Assembly (NCBI GenBank): GCA_045545475.1
Contig: JAZQAZ010000018.1
Location: forward strand, 1-64,000
DNA from: Clostridia bacterium
GTDB taxonomy: Bacteria; Bacillota; Clostridia; CAKSNL01; HGM11501
Direction of reading: 5' to 3'
DNA: 64,000 nt
Position numbers and translations under genes: made by a program. The stretch's first letter is position 1. Each line of letters begins with the position of its first letter. Below the pieces are notes generated by a model, which was given only the letters and a program-made list of their open reading frames with translations, ran no database searches and had not been told where the DNA came from. Positions 19,025-29,210 of the stretch are shown here, piece after piece.

Positions 19025-20356
19025 ATGGCATTTGAAAGTTTAGGCGAAAAGCTGCAGGAAACCTTCAGAAAGTTAAGAGGTCACGGAAAGGTATCCGAAA
19101 AGGATATTAAAGAGGCCATGCGCGAAATAAAAATGGCTCTTTTGGAAGCGGACGTTAACTTTAAGGTTGTTAAAAATTTTGAAAATTCAGTAAAAGAAAA
19201 GGCCATGGGAAGCGAGGTAATGGAAAGCCTTACACCGGGTCAGCAAATTATAAAAATCGTAAGGGATGAGCTTACTGCTCTTATGGGAGGAGAAGCCGAG
19301 AAGCTTCAGGTTTCCTCAAAGCCTCCCACGGTTATTATGATGGCAGGTCTCCAAGGTGCAGGTAAAACCACTACCACGGGAAAAATTGCCAAAATGCTTA
19401 AAAAGCAAGGTAAACGCCCCATGCTCGTAGCTTGTGACGTTTATCGTCCGGCAGCAAGAAAACAGCTTGAAGTTGTGGCTTCTCAGGTAGAAGCAGGATT
19501 TTTCTCAATGCCTGAGTCAAACAATCCTGTTGAAATTGCAAAAACAGCAGTTTCAAAATGTGACCTTTCTTTATATGATACGGTGATAATCGACACTGCG
19601 GGCCGTCTTCACATAGATGAAGAGCTTATGCAGGAATTGGTTTCCATAAAAGAGGCGGTTAATCCCGCTGAAATACTTTTGGTTGTTGATGCGATGACCG
19701 GTCAGGACGCAGTAAATGTTGCCGAGAGCTTTAATAATCAGCTTGATATAACAGGTGTTGTTTTATCAAAGCTTGACTCAGATACAAGAGGCGGTGCTGC
19801 ACTTTCCGTAAGAGCCGTAACGGGTAAACCCATAAAGTTTGCGGCATCCGGCGAGAAAATGGATGATATAGAAGCCTTTCATCCTGACAGAATGGCATCG
19901 AGAATCCTGGGTATGGGCGATGTTTTAACCCTTATAGACAAGGCACAGGAGGCATTTGACGAAAAAAAAGCAGCCGAGCTTGAGAAGAAAATGCGTGAAG
20001 CAAGCTTTGACTTAAATGACTTTTTGGACCAGATGGAACAAATGAAAAACATGGGTCCGATGGAAAACATACTTGGTATGCTTCCGGGAGTTAATACAAA
20101 GGCATTAAAGGGCGTAAATGTGGACGAAAGACAGATGGAGCGTACAGCGGCAATAATTAAGTCCATGACAAAGAAGGAAAGGGAAAATCCTTCGATAATT
20201 AATGCAAGCCGCAAAAAAAGAATTGCCATGGGCAGCGGCACAGAGGTTCGTGAAGTTAATGTTCTGCTTAACAACTTTGAAAATATGCAAAAAATGATGA
20301 AGCAGATGACAAACGGAAAGTTTATGAAAAAATTCGGCAAAAGATTCGGTATGTAA
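19025..20356 (+). CDS. ffh: Signal recognition particle protein
   Basis: GLQGAGKTTT, DTAGR, KLDSDTRGG, RILGMGD, Met-rich M domain. Confidence 0.98.
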   Translation: MAFESLGEKLQETFRKLRGHGKVSEKDIKEAMREIKMALLEADVNFKVVKNFENSVKEKAMGSEVMESLTPGQQIIKIVRDELTALMGGEAEKLQVSSKPPTVIMMAGLQGAGKTTTTGKIAKMLKKQGKRPMLVACDVYRPAARKQLEVVASQVEAGFFSMPESNNPVEIAKTAVSKCDLSLYDTVIIDTAGRLHIDEELMQELVSIKEAVNPAEILLVVDAMTGQDAVNVAESFNNQLDITGVVLSKLDSDTRGGAALSVRAVTGKPIKFAASGEKMDDIEAFHPDRMASRILGMGDVLTLIDKAQEAFDEKKAAELEKKMREASFDLNDFLDQMEQMKNMGPMENILGMLPGVNTKALKGVNVDERQMERTAAIIKSMTKKERENPSIINASRKKRIAMGSGTEVREVNVLLNNFENMQKMMKQMTNGKFMKKFGKRFGM

Positions 20357-20412
20357 CAGTATAAAAATTCCAAAAGAATTTTAATATAAGAAAATTTACG
20401 GAGGTGAACAAG

Positions 20413-20658
20413 ATGGCAGTAAAAATGAGACTTAGAAGAATGGGTGCTAAGAAGAACCCCTTTTACCGTGTAGTAGTAGCTGATTCCAGATTTCCCCGTG
20501 ACGGTCGTTTCATAGAGGAAATCGGTACTTATAATCCTATGGTAGAGCCTTCTGAAATCAAGATCGATGCAGAAAAGGCAAAGGCATGGATTGCAAACGG
20601 TGCACAGCCTACAGAAAGCGTTAAGAGTCTTCTTAAAAGAGCAAAGATTGTTGACTGA
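20413..20658 (+). CDS. rpsP: 30S ribosomal protein S16
   Basis: [26 protein letters not shown]. Confidence 0.98.
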   Translation: MAVKMRLRRMGAKKNPFYRVVVADSRFPRDGRFIEEIGTYNPMVEPSEIKIDAEKAKAWIANGAQPTESVKSLLKRAKIVD

Positions 20659-20673
20659 TAAGGAGAGCACAAA

Positions 20674-20904
20674 ATGAAAGAGTTACTTGAGTACGTTGTG
20701 AAATCCCTGGTTAACAATCCTGAAAACGTTCGAATCGAAGAAGAGGAAAACGGCGACGAGGTTGTTTTTTCCGTATACGTTGATCCGAGCGATATGGGCA
20801 GAATAATCGGTAAGGGTGGAAGAATAGCCAAGGCTGTCAGAGCTCTTATGAAGGCTGCTTCATTTAAGGAAAATAAGAGAGTCATCGTTGACATCGTTGA
20901 CTGA
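20674..20904 (+). CDS. khpA: KH-domain RNA-binding protein KhpA
   Basis: DMGRIIGKGGRIAKAVR; position between rpsP and rimM. Confidence 0.93.
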   Translation: MKELLEYVVKSLVNNPENVRIEEEENGDEVVFSVYVDPSDMGRIIGKGGRIAKAVRALMKAASFKENKRVIVDIVD

Positions 20905-20924
20905 CAGGGCACAAGGTAAAAAAT

Positions 20925-20969
20925 AAACGGCGGCCGAAAGCGGGAAATTCCGCTGAATGCCGCCGTTTT
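20925..20969 (+). other. Stem-loop between khpA and rimM (terminator/attenuator or processing site)
   Basis: AAACGGCGGC..GCCGCCGTTT enclosing AGCGG-gaaatt-CCGCT. Confidence 0.5.
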
Positions 20970-20989
20970 GCTCTACGAAAGGAAAAATT

Positions 20990-21493
20990 ATGGAAAAAGA
21001 ATTATTTGCAGCTGAAATTGTAAATACTCATGGCGTGAGAGGCGAGGTGAAGGCGATTTATCACACTGATTCACCTGAGTTTTTTGACGATATAAAAAAT
21101 ATAAGACTTGAGCCTTCAGGGGTATCTTATAAGCTTACGGCAACACGTCCTCACAAGGGTTCGGTGCTTTTAAAGCTTTCGGGTATCGATACTATTGAAG
21201 ATGCCGAGAAATTGATAGGCCAGAAAATTTATGTGCAGAGAAAAGAGGCAAAGCTTCCCGAAGGAAAGTTTTATATTGTAGATATAATTGGACTTAAGGT
21301 ATTTTCCGAAAACGGAGAAGAAATAGGCGAAGTAACCGATGTTTTCAGAACCGGAAGCAATGACGTTTTTGAGGTTAAGAGAAAGGGTATGAAAAATGCT
21401 TATATACCTCATATAGACGATGTAGTTAAGAATATTGACTTGGAGGCAGGAATCAAAATCCATGTTATGGAGGGGCTTCTTGATGAAGATTGA
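20990..21493 (+). CDS. rimM: Ribosome maturation factor RimM
   Basis: IVNTHGVRGEVK, TGSNDVFEV; synteny. Confidence 0.95.
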   Translation: MEKELFAAEIVNTHGVRGEVKAIYHTDSPEFFDDIKNIRLEPSGVSYKLTATRPHKGSVLLKLSGIDTIEDAEKLIGQKIYVQRKEAKLPEGKFYIVDIIGLKVFSENGEEIGEVTDVFRTGSNDVFEVKRKGMKNAYIPHIDDVVKNIDLEAGIKIHVMEGLLDED

Positions 21494-22214
21494 TGTTCTT
21501 ACATTGTTTCCTGAAATGTTTGAGTCGGTTTTCGGTGTAAGTATAATAAAAAGAGCACTGGACAACAATCTGCTTTCTTTAAGATTTGTAAACATCAGGG
21601 ATTTTTCAGAGGACAAGCACAAAAGGGTAGACGATTATCCTTACGGTGCAGGCGGTGGCCTTGTAATGCAGCCTATGCCTATATATGCAGCTTATAAGCA
21701 TCTTTCAGAGGAAAGCGAAGATAAACCTTATGTGATATATATGTCTCCTCAGGGAAAGACCTTTACGCAGAAAAAGGCAATAGAGCTTAAGGAACATAAG
21801 CATCTTATACTTTTGTGCGGACACTACGAAGGCGTTGACCAAAGAGTGCTTGACGAAATTGTGGATGAGGAAATTTCTATAGGAGATTATGTTCTGACAG
21901 GTGGGGAAATTGCAGCCATGGCCGTAATCGATGCAACGGCCAGAATGATTCCGGGTGTGCTTGATTCCGAAGATACTTTTTCTCACGAATCACATTTTGA
22001 CGGCCTTTTGGAATATCCGCAGTATACAAGGCCTCCGGTGTGGAACGGAAAAGAGATTCCGGAAATTCTGGTTTCAGGACATCATGCAAGAATCGAGAAG
22101 TGGAGAAGAGAGAAATCCATTGAAATAACGGCAAAAAAACGTCCTGAATTACTGGATGGAGCAGAACTTTCGGAAAAAGAAAAAGAATTTGCGAAAAAGT
22201 TTCTTGGAAAATAA
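21483..22214 (+). CDS. trmD: tRNA (guanine37-N1)-methyltransferase
   Basis: MKIDVLTLFPEMF, CGHYEGVDQR, SIGDYVLTGGE, LEYPQYTRP. Confidence 0.98.
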   Translation: MKIDVLTLFPEMFESVFGVSIIKRALDNNLLSLRFVNIRDFSEDKHKRVDDYPYGAGGGLVMQPMPIYAAYKHLSEESEDKPYVIYMSPQGKTFTQKKAIELKEHKHLILLCGHYEGVDQRVLDEIVDEEISIGDYVLTGGEIAAMAVIDATARMIPGVLDSEDTFSHESHFDGLLEYPQYTRPPVWNGKEIPEILVSGHHARIEKWRREKSIEITAKKRPELLDGAELSEKEKEFAKKFLGK

Positions 22215-22222
22215 AAAAAAGC

Positions 22223-22251
22223 TTGCATTTATGGAAAATATGTGATATAAT
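22223..22251 (+). promoter_or_regulatory. rplS promoter TTGCAT-17-TATAAT
   Basis: Direct motif match with extended TG. Confidence 0.7.
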
Positions 22252-22263
22252 GTCTTAGAATTC

Positions 22264-22300
22264 GAGCGGTCCTCTGTAAACGTGATTTGCACGAACGCTT
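22264..22300 (+). promoter_or_regulatory. Probable L19 ribosomal protein leader RNA
   Basis: GAGCGGTCCTCTG..GAACGCTT hairpin with internal loop in the rplS 5' UTR, resembling the Firmicutes L19 leader. Confidence 0.6.
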
Positions 22301-22322
22301 AGTAAGAAGGGAGGCTACATTC

Positions 22323-22685
22323 ATGGATCAGCTTATGAAGGCTATTACAGCAGAACAGATCAGAACAGATTTACCCGAAATTAAAGTAGGTGATACTCTT
22401 AAAGTTTACCTTAAGATTAAGGAAGGCGAAAAAGAGAGAGTTCAGATGTTCGACGGTACTGTAATTGCAAAGAAGCACGGCGGCATCAATGAAACCTTTA
22501 CCATCAGAAAGATTTCTTACGGCGTAGGTGTAGAAAGAGTTATTCCCGTAAATTCACCCAACATTGACCGTATTGAGGTTGTAAGAACAGGTAAGGTTCG
22601 CAGAGCTAAGCTTTATTATCTCCGCGACAGAGTTGGTAAGGCTGCTAAGGTTAAGGAAAAGATTGTAAGCGCTAACGAACAGTAA
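22323..22685 (+). CDS. rplS: 50S ribosomal protein L19
   Basis: [34 protein letters not shown]. Confidence 0.98.
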   Translation: MDQLMKAITAEQIRTDLPEIKVGDTLKVYLKIKEGEKERVQMFDGTVIAKKHGGINETFTIRKISYGVGVERVIPVNSPNIDRIEVVRTGKVRRAKLYYLRDRVGKAAKVKEKIVSANEQ

Positions 22686-22689
22686 TATG

Positions 22690-22730
22690 AATGTAGTGAC
22701 GGATTGTTTATGACAATCCGTTTTACATTT
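22690..22730 (+). terminator. Terminator after rplS
   Basis: ACGGATTGT-ttatg-ACAATCCGT followed by TTT. Confidence 0.65.
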
Positions 22731-22748
22731 TATAAAGGAGTTGACTAT

Positions 22749-23597
22749 ATGAACATACAGTGGTTTCCGGGGCATATGGCGAAAACCAGAAGACTTATAA
22801 GTGACAACTTAAAATTTGTTGATGTAGTTTTAGAACTGCTTGATGCAAGAATTCCCGCATCGAGCCGCAATCCTGAAATAGCAAAGCTTTGTGAGGGGAA
22901 AAAAATCCTTACGCTGTTAAATAAGGCGGATATGGCAGATCCTGAAGCTAAAAAGAAATGGAAAGATGCATTGGGAGATGATGCTTTATTTATAAGTGCA
23001 TCAAGCGGCGAGGGAATGAAGGCTATTTATCCTAAAATAAAGGAAATGATGAAAGAAAAAACAGAACGTGACCTCGCAAAAGGAATTAAAAACCGTTCGG
23101 TAAAGCTTATGATTGTGGGCGTTCCTAATGTGGGAAAATCATCTTTTATAAATCGATTTACAAAAAAGGCAGCAACAGAAGTTGCAGACCGTCCGGGTGT
23201 CACAAGGCAGAAGCAGTGGGTGAGAATTGCAGAAGGTTTTGAGCTTCTTGACACACCGGGTGTACTTTGGCCTAAGTTTGAGGATGAAGAGGTTGCAAAA
23301 CGTCTTGCCTATACAGGGGCAATTAAGGACGATATATTGGATGTTGAAGAATTGTGCCATTTTTTCCTTGCCTTTATGAGGGATAATTATCCGGAAAACC
23401 TACGGGCACGATATAAAATTGATAATTTTTCTGATTTAGAAGGCTATGAGATAACCGAGCTTATCGGCCGAAAGAGAGGATTCGTGGTTTCCGGCGGAGA
23501 GATAAATACAGAGCGTGCTGCAAATGTAATTCTTGACGAATTCAGAGGTGGTCTGCTTGGAAAAATCACGTTGGAATTGCCCAAGGAGGAATTTTGA
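22749..23597 (+). CDS. rbgA: Ribosome biogenesis GTPase RbgA (YlqF)
   Basis: IQWFPGHM, NKAD, GVPNVGKSS, LDTPGVLWP. Confidence 0.96.
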   Translation: MNIQWFPGHMAKTRRLISDNLKFVDVVLELLDARIPASSRNPEIAKLCEGKKILTLLNKADMADPEAKKKWKDALGDDALFISASSGEGMKAIYPKIKEMMKEKTERDLAKGIKNRSVKLMIVGVPNVGKSSFINRFTKKAATEVADRPGVTRQKQWVRIAEGFELLDTPGVLWPKFEDEEVAKRLAYTGAIKDDILDVEELCHFFLAFMRDNYPENLRARYKIDNFSDLEGYEITELIGRKRGFVVSGGEINTERAANVILDEFRGGLLGKITLELPKEEF

Positions 23598-24226
23598 TGA
23601 AGGAAAAAGAACTTGAGCGTCTTAACTCCATGGTGGAGTTTGAAAAAAACTTCTACAACAGAGGATATAAAATAATTGCCGGGGTTGATGAGGCAGGACG
23701 TGGCCCGCTGGCAGGCGATGTTTATGCGGCGGCGGTAATTTTCGAGCCCGGAACAATAATAGAAGGACTTAATGACTCTAAAAAAATATCTCCTAAAAAA
23801 CGTGATATGCTTTTTGAAGAAATAAAGGAAAAGGCGAAAAGCTATGCTGTTGGCGTTGCAACTGTTGCAGAAATTGAAGAACTTGATATATTAAATGCTA
23901 CTTTTCTTGCTATGAGAAGAGCGATAGAAAGCCTTTCCGTAACACCGGATTTTGTGATGGTTGACGGAAATCAGCACATACGCAAACTGGAAATTGAAAA
24001 TGAGCCGGTAATAAAAGGAGATTCTTTATCCATGTCCATTGCGGCGGCGTCAATTCTCGCCAAGGTTTCAAGAGACAGATATATGGAAGAAATGGCAGAA
24101 AAATATCCGGAATATGAATTCGACGGACATAAAGGATATGGAACAAAGCGTCATTCGGAGCTTATAAGAGAATTCGGCCCCTGCCCGATACACCGTTTAT
24201 CCTTTTTAAAGAACATATTAAAATGA
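23597..24226 (+). CDS. rnhB: Ribonuclease HII
   Basis: GVDEAGRGPLAG, LNDSKK, VDGN, KGDSLS, HKGYGT. Confidence 0.97.
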   Translation: MKEKELERLNSMVEFEKNFYNRGYKIIAGVDEAGRGPLAGDVYAAAVIFEPGTIIEGLNDSKKISPKKRDMLFEEIKEKAKSYAVGVATVAEIEELDILNATFLAMRRAIESLSVTPDFVMVDGNQHIRKLEIENEPVIKGDSLSMSIAAASILAKVSRDRYMEEMAEKYPEYEFDGHKGYGTKRHSELIREFGPCPIHRLSFLKNILK

Positions 24227-24582
24227 GAGCAATAGGTAATATTGGCGAAGACTACGCCGTAAAGATACTTAAGAAAAACAAATATAAAGTTCTGGAAAGA
24301 AATTTCACAGTCAGAGGCGGAGAAATAGATATAATTGCAAAGGACGGAGAATATCTTGTATTTGCAGAGGTAAAACTTCGGAAAAGTGCAGAATTCGGAA
24401 GGCCGTCTGAATATGTGGGAGCAAAAAAACAGGAAAACTTAAGGATTGCCGCCATGCTTTATATGAAAAAAATGGAATATAACGGTCTCTGTCGCTTTGA
24501 TGTGGTGGAGATAATCGGAGAAATAGATGGAAAAGGAAAACTTAAGGCAAGCGAGGTAAATATTATAAAAAACGCATTTTGA
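24223..24582 (+). CDS. yraN: YraN family (UPF0102) nuclease-like protein
   Basis: GEDYA..ERNF..GEIDIIA..FAEVK..RFDVVEI. Confidence 0.92.
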   Translation: MRAIGNIGEDYAVKILKKNKYKVLERNFTVRGGEIDIIAKDGEYLVFAEVKLRKSAEFGRPSEYVGAKKQENLRIAAMLYMKKMEYNGLCRFDVVEIIGEIDGKGKLKASEVNIIKNAF

Positions 24583-24611
24583 TTGACGAGCGTAAGAAAA
24601 AATGCTATACT
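24583..24611 (+). promoter_or_regulatory. SigA-type promoter TTGACG-17-TATACT
   Basis: Direct motif match with extended TG. Confidence 0.65.
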
Positions 24612-24646
24612 GTAAAAGACAGATTACATAAACGGAGGAATAAAAA

Positions 24647-26062
24647 TTGCGTAATAAATTAAAAGTACTGGTTATTACAGTTTTGCTGGTATTTTCGTTT
24701 TTTGTCCCGGTTAATTCTGCGGAAATTGACGACTTTACAATTGTAAATCAGGTATCACTTTATATTGAACAGAATTATAAGTTCGGAATAACATCTGTTC
24801 AGCTTAAAAATAAAGCTCTTGAGTATATGCTGTCTACGGGAGATACAAATCTTGACAATGTGCTTGACGCCATGTTCAGCCTGCTGGATGACTACTCGGT
24901 TTATTTTACAGAAGAGGAATATGCCGATTTTTTAGGCGAAGTAAACGCCAGCCTTTGCGGAATTGGTGCAAGCGTTGTTGCAACCAAAGGCGGAGTGGCA
25001 GTTCTTGAAGTTATACCGTATTCTCCCGCAGAAAAGGCCGGAATTAAAAAGTATGATATAATTGTTTCTGTGGACGGAACAAGTTTTGACGGAATGTCAA
25101 TTTCCGAAGCGACTACATATATGAAGGGCAAAGCGGGAACGAGCGTTAAAGTTGGCGTAAAACGTTATGGAGTTGAAGAAATTATTTATTTTGATATAGT
25201 GCGGGCAAATGTCGAAATGAGTCCTGTTTCGTGGAAAAAGCTTGATGACGAAACGGCTTATGTATATATTTCTTCTCTTACAATAAATGCCGATGTCTTT
25301 ATGAAAGAGGCACTTAAAGAAATTGATAAGCTTGGAATTACGAAAATTGTGCTGGATTTGAGAGACAATCCCGGCGGACATATAACATCCACCGTGAATA
25401 TATGCGAAATGTTTATGCCCGAAGGTCCTGTAGGATATGTGGATTATAAGGACGAAACGAAGATGGAAACCTATTATTCTGAAAATAAGAATCCCAAATA
25501 TAAGCTTGCGGTTTTGATTAACGGCAATACAGCCAGCGGAGCTGAATTTTTATCCGGTGGTCTTCAGGATACAAAGGTCGGTGTTCTTTTCGGAGAAACA
25601 AGCTTTGGAAAAGGTACTGTTCAGACCACTAAACAGCTTGTTAACGGCGGAGCGATAAAGCTTACTGTTGCTAAATATTATACTGCAGGAAAGCAGGACG
25701 TGGCATCTAATAAAATAGTACCTGATTATGAAGTAAAAAACTCATACCGACAGCTTAGGGAAGAATCTTTTGCACCCATTGATTTTGATGCTGAGCTTAA
25801 GGTTGGCTCAGAAGGTGAGGGGGTTCTTGCGATAGAACAGAGACTCAGCGTTTTAGGATATATGGACGAAGCTGACGAAAACTTTACCGAAGAAACAATG
25901 GATGCCGTAAGAATATTTAAGGCATATAACGGAATGGGTACTGATCCTTTGGTAAACTTTGATTTTATTGCTTATCTTAATAACATAGAGTACGACAAGC
26001 AGTACGAAGAAGTTGACAAACAGCTTGAGGCGGCACATAACTATCTGAAAGGAATAGAATAA
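24647..26062 (+). CDS. S41 carboxy-terminal processing protease (PDZ + peptidoglycan-binding domain)
   Basis: GIGA PDZ, LDLRDNPGG, TASGAE (Ser), GETSFGKG (Lys), C-terminal LKVGSEGEGV..QRL..LGY; TTG start. Confidence 0.9.
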   Translation: MRNKLKVLVITVLLVFSFFVPVNSAEIDDFTIVNQVSLYIEQNYKFGITSVQLKNKALEYMLSTGDTNLDNVLDAMFSLLDDYSVYFTEEEYADFLGEVNASLCGIGASVVATKGGVAVLEVIPYSPAEKAGIKKYDIIVSVDGTSFDGMSISEATTYMKGKAGTSVKVGVKRYGVEEIIYFDIVRANVEMSPVSWKKLDDETAYVYISSLTINADVFMKEALKEIDKLGITKIVLDLRDNPGGHITSTVNICEMFMPEGPVGYVDYKDETKMETYYSENKNPKYKLAVLINGNTASGAEFLSGGLQDTKVGVLFGETSFGKGTVQTTKQLVNGGAIKLTVAKYYTAGKQDVASNKIVPDYEVKNSYRQLREESFAPIDFDAELKVGSEGEGVLAIEQRLSVLGYMDEADENFTEETMDAVRIFKAYNGMGTDPLVNFDFIAYLNNIEYDKQYEEVDKQLEAAHNYLKGIE

Positions 26063-26634
26063 TGGGAGTTTTTGAACTTATATCGGTGGCTTTCGCACTT
26101 GCGATAGATGCCATGACGGTATCTGTTACAAACGGAATAAAGCTTCGTAACTGCACCTTTAAGGATGCTGTGTTAATGGCGGTATTTTTTGGAGGATTTC
26201 AGTTTTTAATGCCGCTCTTAGGCTATGCGGTAGGAGAGAAGGTGGCGTCTTTTGTGGGCGTAATGGCTCCTTTTCTTGCCTGCGGTATTCTTTCTTATCT
26301 TGGCATCAGAATGATAATTGAAGCCTTGAAGAAGGATGAAGAGGAAAATAAAGAGGTAAAGGAAAAGCTCGGATTTTCTGAGCTTACACTCCAGGCTATT
26401 GCCACAAGTATTGACGCTCTTGCGGTCGGACTTAGCTTTTGCATAATGTCTGACGGCGGTTGCGGAAAGCTTTTATCTTCAGCTGTTATAGGTATAGTTG
26501 CTTTTGTTTGCTCGCTTTTTGGTGCACTTTTAGGTAAAAAAGTAGGCAAGCTTTTTGAAAAGAGAGCAGAGCTTGCAGGCGGAATAATCCTTATTGCTGT
26601 GGGAGCGAAAATGCTTATTGAAAGCTTTTTATAA
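26062..26634 (+). CDS. mntP: MntP-family manganese efflux pump
   Basis: ALAIDAMTVS, FQFLMPLLGY, IATSIDALAVG. Confidence 0.88.
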   Translation: MGVFELISVAFALAIDAMTVSVTNGIKLRNCTFKDAVLMAVFFGGFQFLMPLLGYAVGEKVASFVGVMAPFLACGILSYLGIRMIIEALKKDEEENKEVKEKLGFSELTLQAIATSIDALAVGLSFCIMSDGGCGKLLSSAVIGIVAFVCSLFGALLGKKVGKLFEKRAELAGGIILIAVGAKMLIESFL

Positions 26635-26639
26635 TAACT

Positions 26640-26668
26640 ACTGCTGTACAAAAGTACAGCAGTTTTTT
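26640..26668 (+). terminator. Rho-independent terminator
   Basis: ACTGCTGTAC-aaaa-GTACAGCAGT-TTTTT. Confidence 0.75.
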
Positions 26669-26683
26669 GAAAGAGTGATTAAA

Positions 26684-27079
26684 ATGTTACAACATGGAAA
26701 AATTATAGAATTGAAAGGCAAATACGCCGTAGCGGTGATAAAAAAAGAAAGCTCTTGCGGAGAAAATTGTGCATCCTGCGGAATGTGTGATACAAGCAAA
26801 TTACGCAAGGTGCTTGTGTTAAACGAGTGCGGTGCAAAGGTAGGAGAGGAGATAGAAATATTTTTAGAATCCTATAAAACCGTTATTTTAGCACTTATAA
26901 CATACCTTCTGCCGCTTATTATATTTTTTGTTTCTGCTGCATTTGTAAGGCATGAGCTTATATCGGCACTGATTCTTATTGCATCGTTTGTACTCTGTGC
27001 ATTTGCAGCCAACTTCCTGGCAAAGAGAAAAAACTTTACGAGCAAGATTAAAAGAAAGGAAACGGAAAATGATAATTGA
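26684..27079 (+). CDS. RseC/MucC (SoxR-reducing system) family membrane protein
   Basis: SSCGENCASCGMC, N.CGAKVGE, YLLPL, two TM helices. Confidence 0.85.
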   Translation: MLQHGKIIELKGKYAVAVIKKESSCGENCASCGMCDTSKLRKVLVLNECGAKVGEEIEIFLESYKTVILALITYLLPLIIFFVSAAFVRHELISALILIASFVLCAFAANFLAKRKNFTSKIKRKETENDN

Positions 27080-27929
27080 CGCTCACTGTGACACTCTTGC
27101 AAAATGGACTGACGGAATAAGCGACACTCATGTTTCACCTGAGGTAATGAAGGATGACTTTTTACAGATTTTTGCAGCTTTTTCAGGGAGTGATATGAGT
27201 TTTAGCCGGATAGAAACATTGATCGATACTTACGATAAAATGATGGGTTTTTCTAAGATTTTAAAATTGAAAGATTTGGAAAAAAGCGGGAGAAAAGCAC
27301 TTTTGTCCGTTGAGGATGCAGGTGCCATTGATTCTGTTGAAAAAGTATATTACCTCTATGGTCGTGGAGTAAGAATGATTGGCATGACCTGGAATTATAA
27401 CAACCATCTGGCGGGAAGTGCCATGGAGGAAGATACGGGGCTTACCGAACTTGGAAAAGAAGTTCTTTCAAAAATGGAGCACCTTGGTATAACAGCAGAC
27501 CTTTCTCATATGGGCGAAAAAAGCTTTTACGATGTTATGGAATTTGCAAAAAAGCCTGTGGTGCTGTCCCATAGTTGCTATAAAGGACTGTGTAATCACC
27601 CGAGGAATATAACCAAAGAGCAGTTTCTTGCATTAAAGGAAAATAGCGGTGTTGTGGGTGTGAATTTTTATCCGCCGTTTCTAAAAGGTGAAGATGCACA
27701 TATGGATGATATTATAAGACATATTGATGCCTTCTTGTCTCTCGGCGGAGAGGATAATGTGGGATTAGGATCTGACTTTGACGGAATAGAAAAAATGCCT
27801 TCGGGAATGAAAGGAACTGAGTCTGTTTATGCACTTTGCGAAAAGCTTTATGCTCTTTATGGGCCGGTGATAGCAAAAAAGATTACAGGGGAAAATTTTT
27901 TGCGTGTTTTAAAAGGAAATTTAATGTAA
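27069..27929 (+). CDS. Membrane dipeptidase (peptidase M19)
   Basis: IDAHCDT, TWNYNN, DLSH, SHS, HPRN, GLGSDFDG. Confidence 0.92.
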   Translation: MIIDAHCDTLAKWTDGISDTHVSPEVMKDDFLQIFAAFSGSDMSFSRIETLIDTYDKMMGFSKILKLKDLEKSGRKALLSVEDAGAIDSVEKVYYLYGRGVRMIGMTWNYNNHLAGSAMEEDTGLTELGKEVLSKMEHLGITADLSHMGEKSFYDVMEFAKKPVVLSHSCYKGLCNHPRNITKEQFLALKENSGVVGVNFYPPFLKGEDAHMDDIIRHIDAFLSLGGEDNVGLGSDFDGIEKMPSGMKGTESVYALCEKLYALYGPVIAKKITGENFLRVLKGNLM

Positions 27930-27934
27930 AAAGC

Positions 27935-27963
27935 TTGCAAAAATGAAGGAATTATTGTATAAT
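27935..27963 (+). promoter_or_regulatory. SigA-type promoter TTGCAA-17-TATAAT
   Basis: Direct motif match. Confidence 0.65.
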
Positions 27964-27995
27964 AGATGTTTAGAATAAAGACCGGAGGTTACATT

Positions 27996-29189
27996 ATGGA
28001 ACTCAGCAGAAAATATAAATCAATAAGCCCGTCATCAACATTGATGATAGACTCAAAATATAAGGCTATGAAGGCTTCAGGAGAAGATGTTGTCGGCTTC
28101 GGAGCAGGTGAGCCTGATTTTGATACCCCTGACCATATCAAGGAAGCTGCAATCAAAGCAATTAAAGATGGCGTTACAAAATATACTCCCGCTTCGGGAA
28201 CTCTTGAACTTAAAAAAGCAATTTGCAATAAGTTCAAAGAAGAAAACGGCCTTGATTATGAAGTTTCAAACATCGTTGTTTCAAACGGTGCAAAGCACTC
28301 TCTCTTAAATGCAATAGGTGCTCTTGTAAATCCAGGAGACGAGGTTATTTTCTCAGCTCCCTACTGGGTAAGTTACAAGGAAATGGTTTTAATCCAGGAC
28401 GGTGTGCCGGTTATTATACAGACTACGGAAGAAAACGGCTTTAAGTTTACCGCAAAAGAGCTCGAGGAGGCTATAACAGATAAAACAAAGGCCATTATCT
28501 TAAATACGCCTTCAAACCCCACAGGTATGGTTTATTCTGAAAAGGAACTTCGTGAAATTGCAGAGGTTGTAAAGAAGCATGACCTTTATGTAATATCTGA
28601 CGAAATATATGAAAAACTTGTTTATGATTTTGAAACGCCTATATCTATTGCAGCTATAGATGAAGATATGAAAAACAGAACAATCATCGTAAACGGCGTA
28701 TCAAAGACCTATGCTATGACAGGATGGAGAATAGGTTATACTGCGGCAAATGCGGAAATCACAAAGATTATGGCAAATGTTCAGAGTCATTATACTTCAA
28801 ACCCCAATTCAATTGCCCAGGCGGCGACAGTTGCGGCATTGAACGGTCCCAAGGACAGTGTTGAGATTATGAAAAAGGCATTCTGCTCACGCCGTAACCA
28901 TATGGTAGAACGTATGAATAAAATCGAAGGCGTTTCTGCTCTGATGCCTGAAGGTGCCTTTTATGTGATGATGAATATTTCAAAAATAAAGGGCAAGAGC
29001 ATAGATGGAACTGTTATTAAAACCTCCGACGATTTTGCAAACCTTTTCCTCGAAAAGAAGCTGGTTGCGGTGGTTCCCTGTTCGGGATTCGGAAACGATG
29101 ACTATGTACGCTGGTCCTATGCCACAAGCATGGAAAACATCGATAAGGGACTTGACAGACTGGCTGAATTTGTATCAGCTTTAAAATAA
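27996..29189 (+). CDS. PLP-dependent aspartate aminotransferase (class I)
   Basis: GAGEPDFDTP, NTPSNPTG, SDEIYE, SKTYAMTGWRIGY. Confidence 0.93.
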   Translation: MELSRKYKSISPSSTLMIDSKYKAMKASGEDVVGFGAGEPDFDTPDHIKEAAIKAIKDGVTKYTPASGTLELKKAICNKFKEENGLDYEVSNIVVSNGAKHSLLNAIGALVNPGDEVIFSAPYWVSYKEMVLIQDGVPVIIQTTEENGFKFTAKELEEAITDKTKAIILNTPSNPTGMVYSEKELREIAEVVKKHDLYVISDEIYEKLVYDFETPISIAAIDEDMKNRTIIVNGVSKTYAMTGWRIGYTAANAEITKIMANVQSHYTSNPNSIAQAATVAALNGPKDSVEIMKKAFCSRRNHMVERMNKIEGVSALMPEGAFYVMMNISKIKGKSIDGTVIKTSDDFANLFLEKKLVAVVPCSGFGNDDYVRWSYATSMENIDKGLDRLAEFVSALK

Positions 29190-29210
29190 GCCATAGAAAG
29201 GAATTTTCAA

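Noticed and set aside
19879-20670. 263-aa minus-strand ORF and other long shadow ORFs (e.g. 36488-37180, 39875-40510, 53131-53772)
   Set aside because: Antisense to well-conserved genes, with no recognisable motifs; expected shadow frames.
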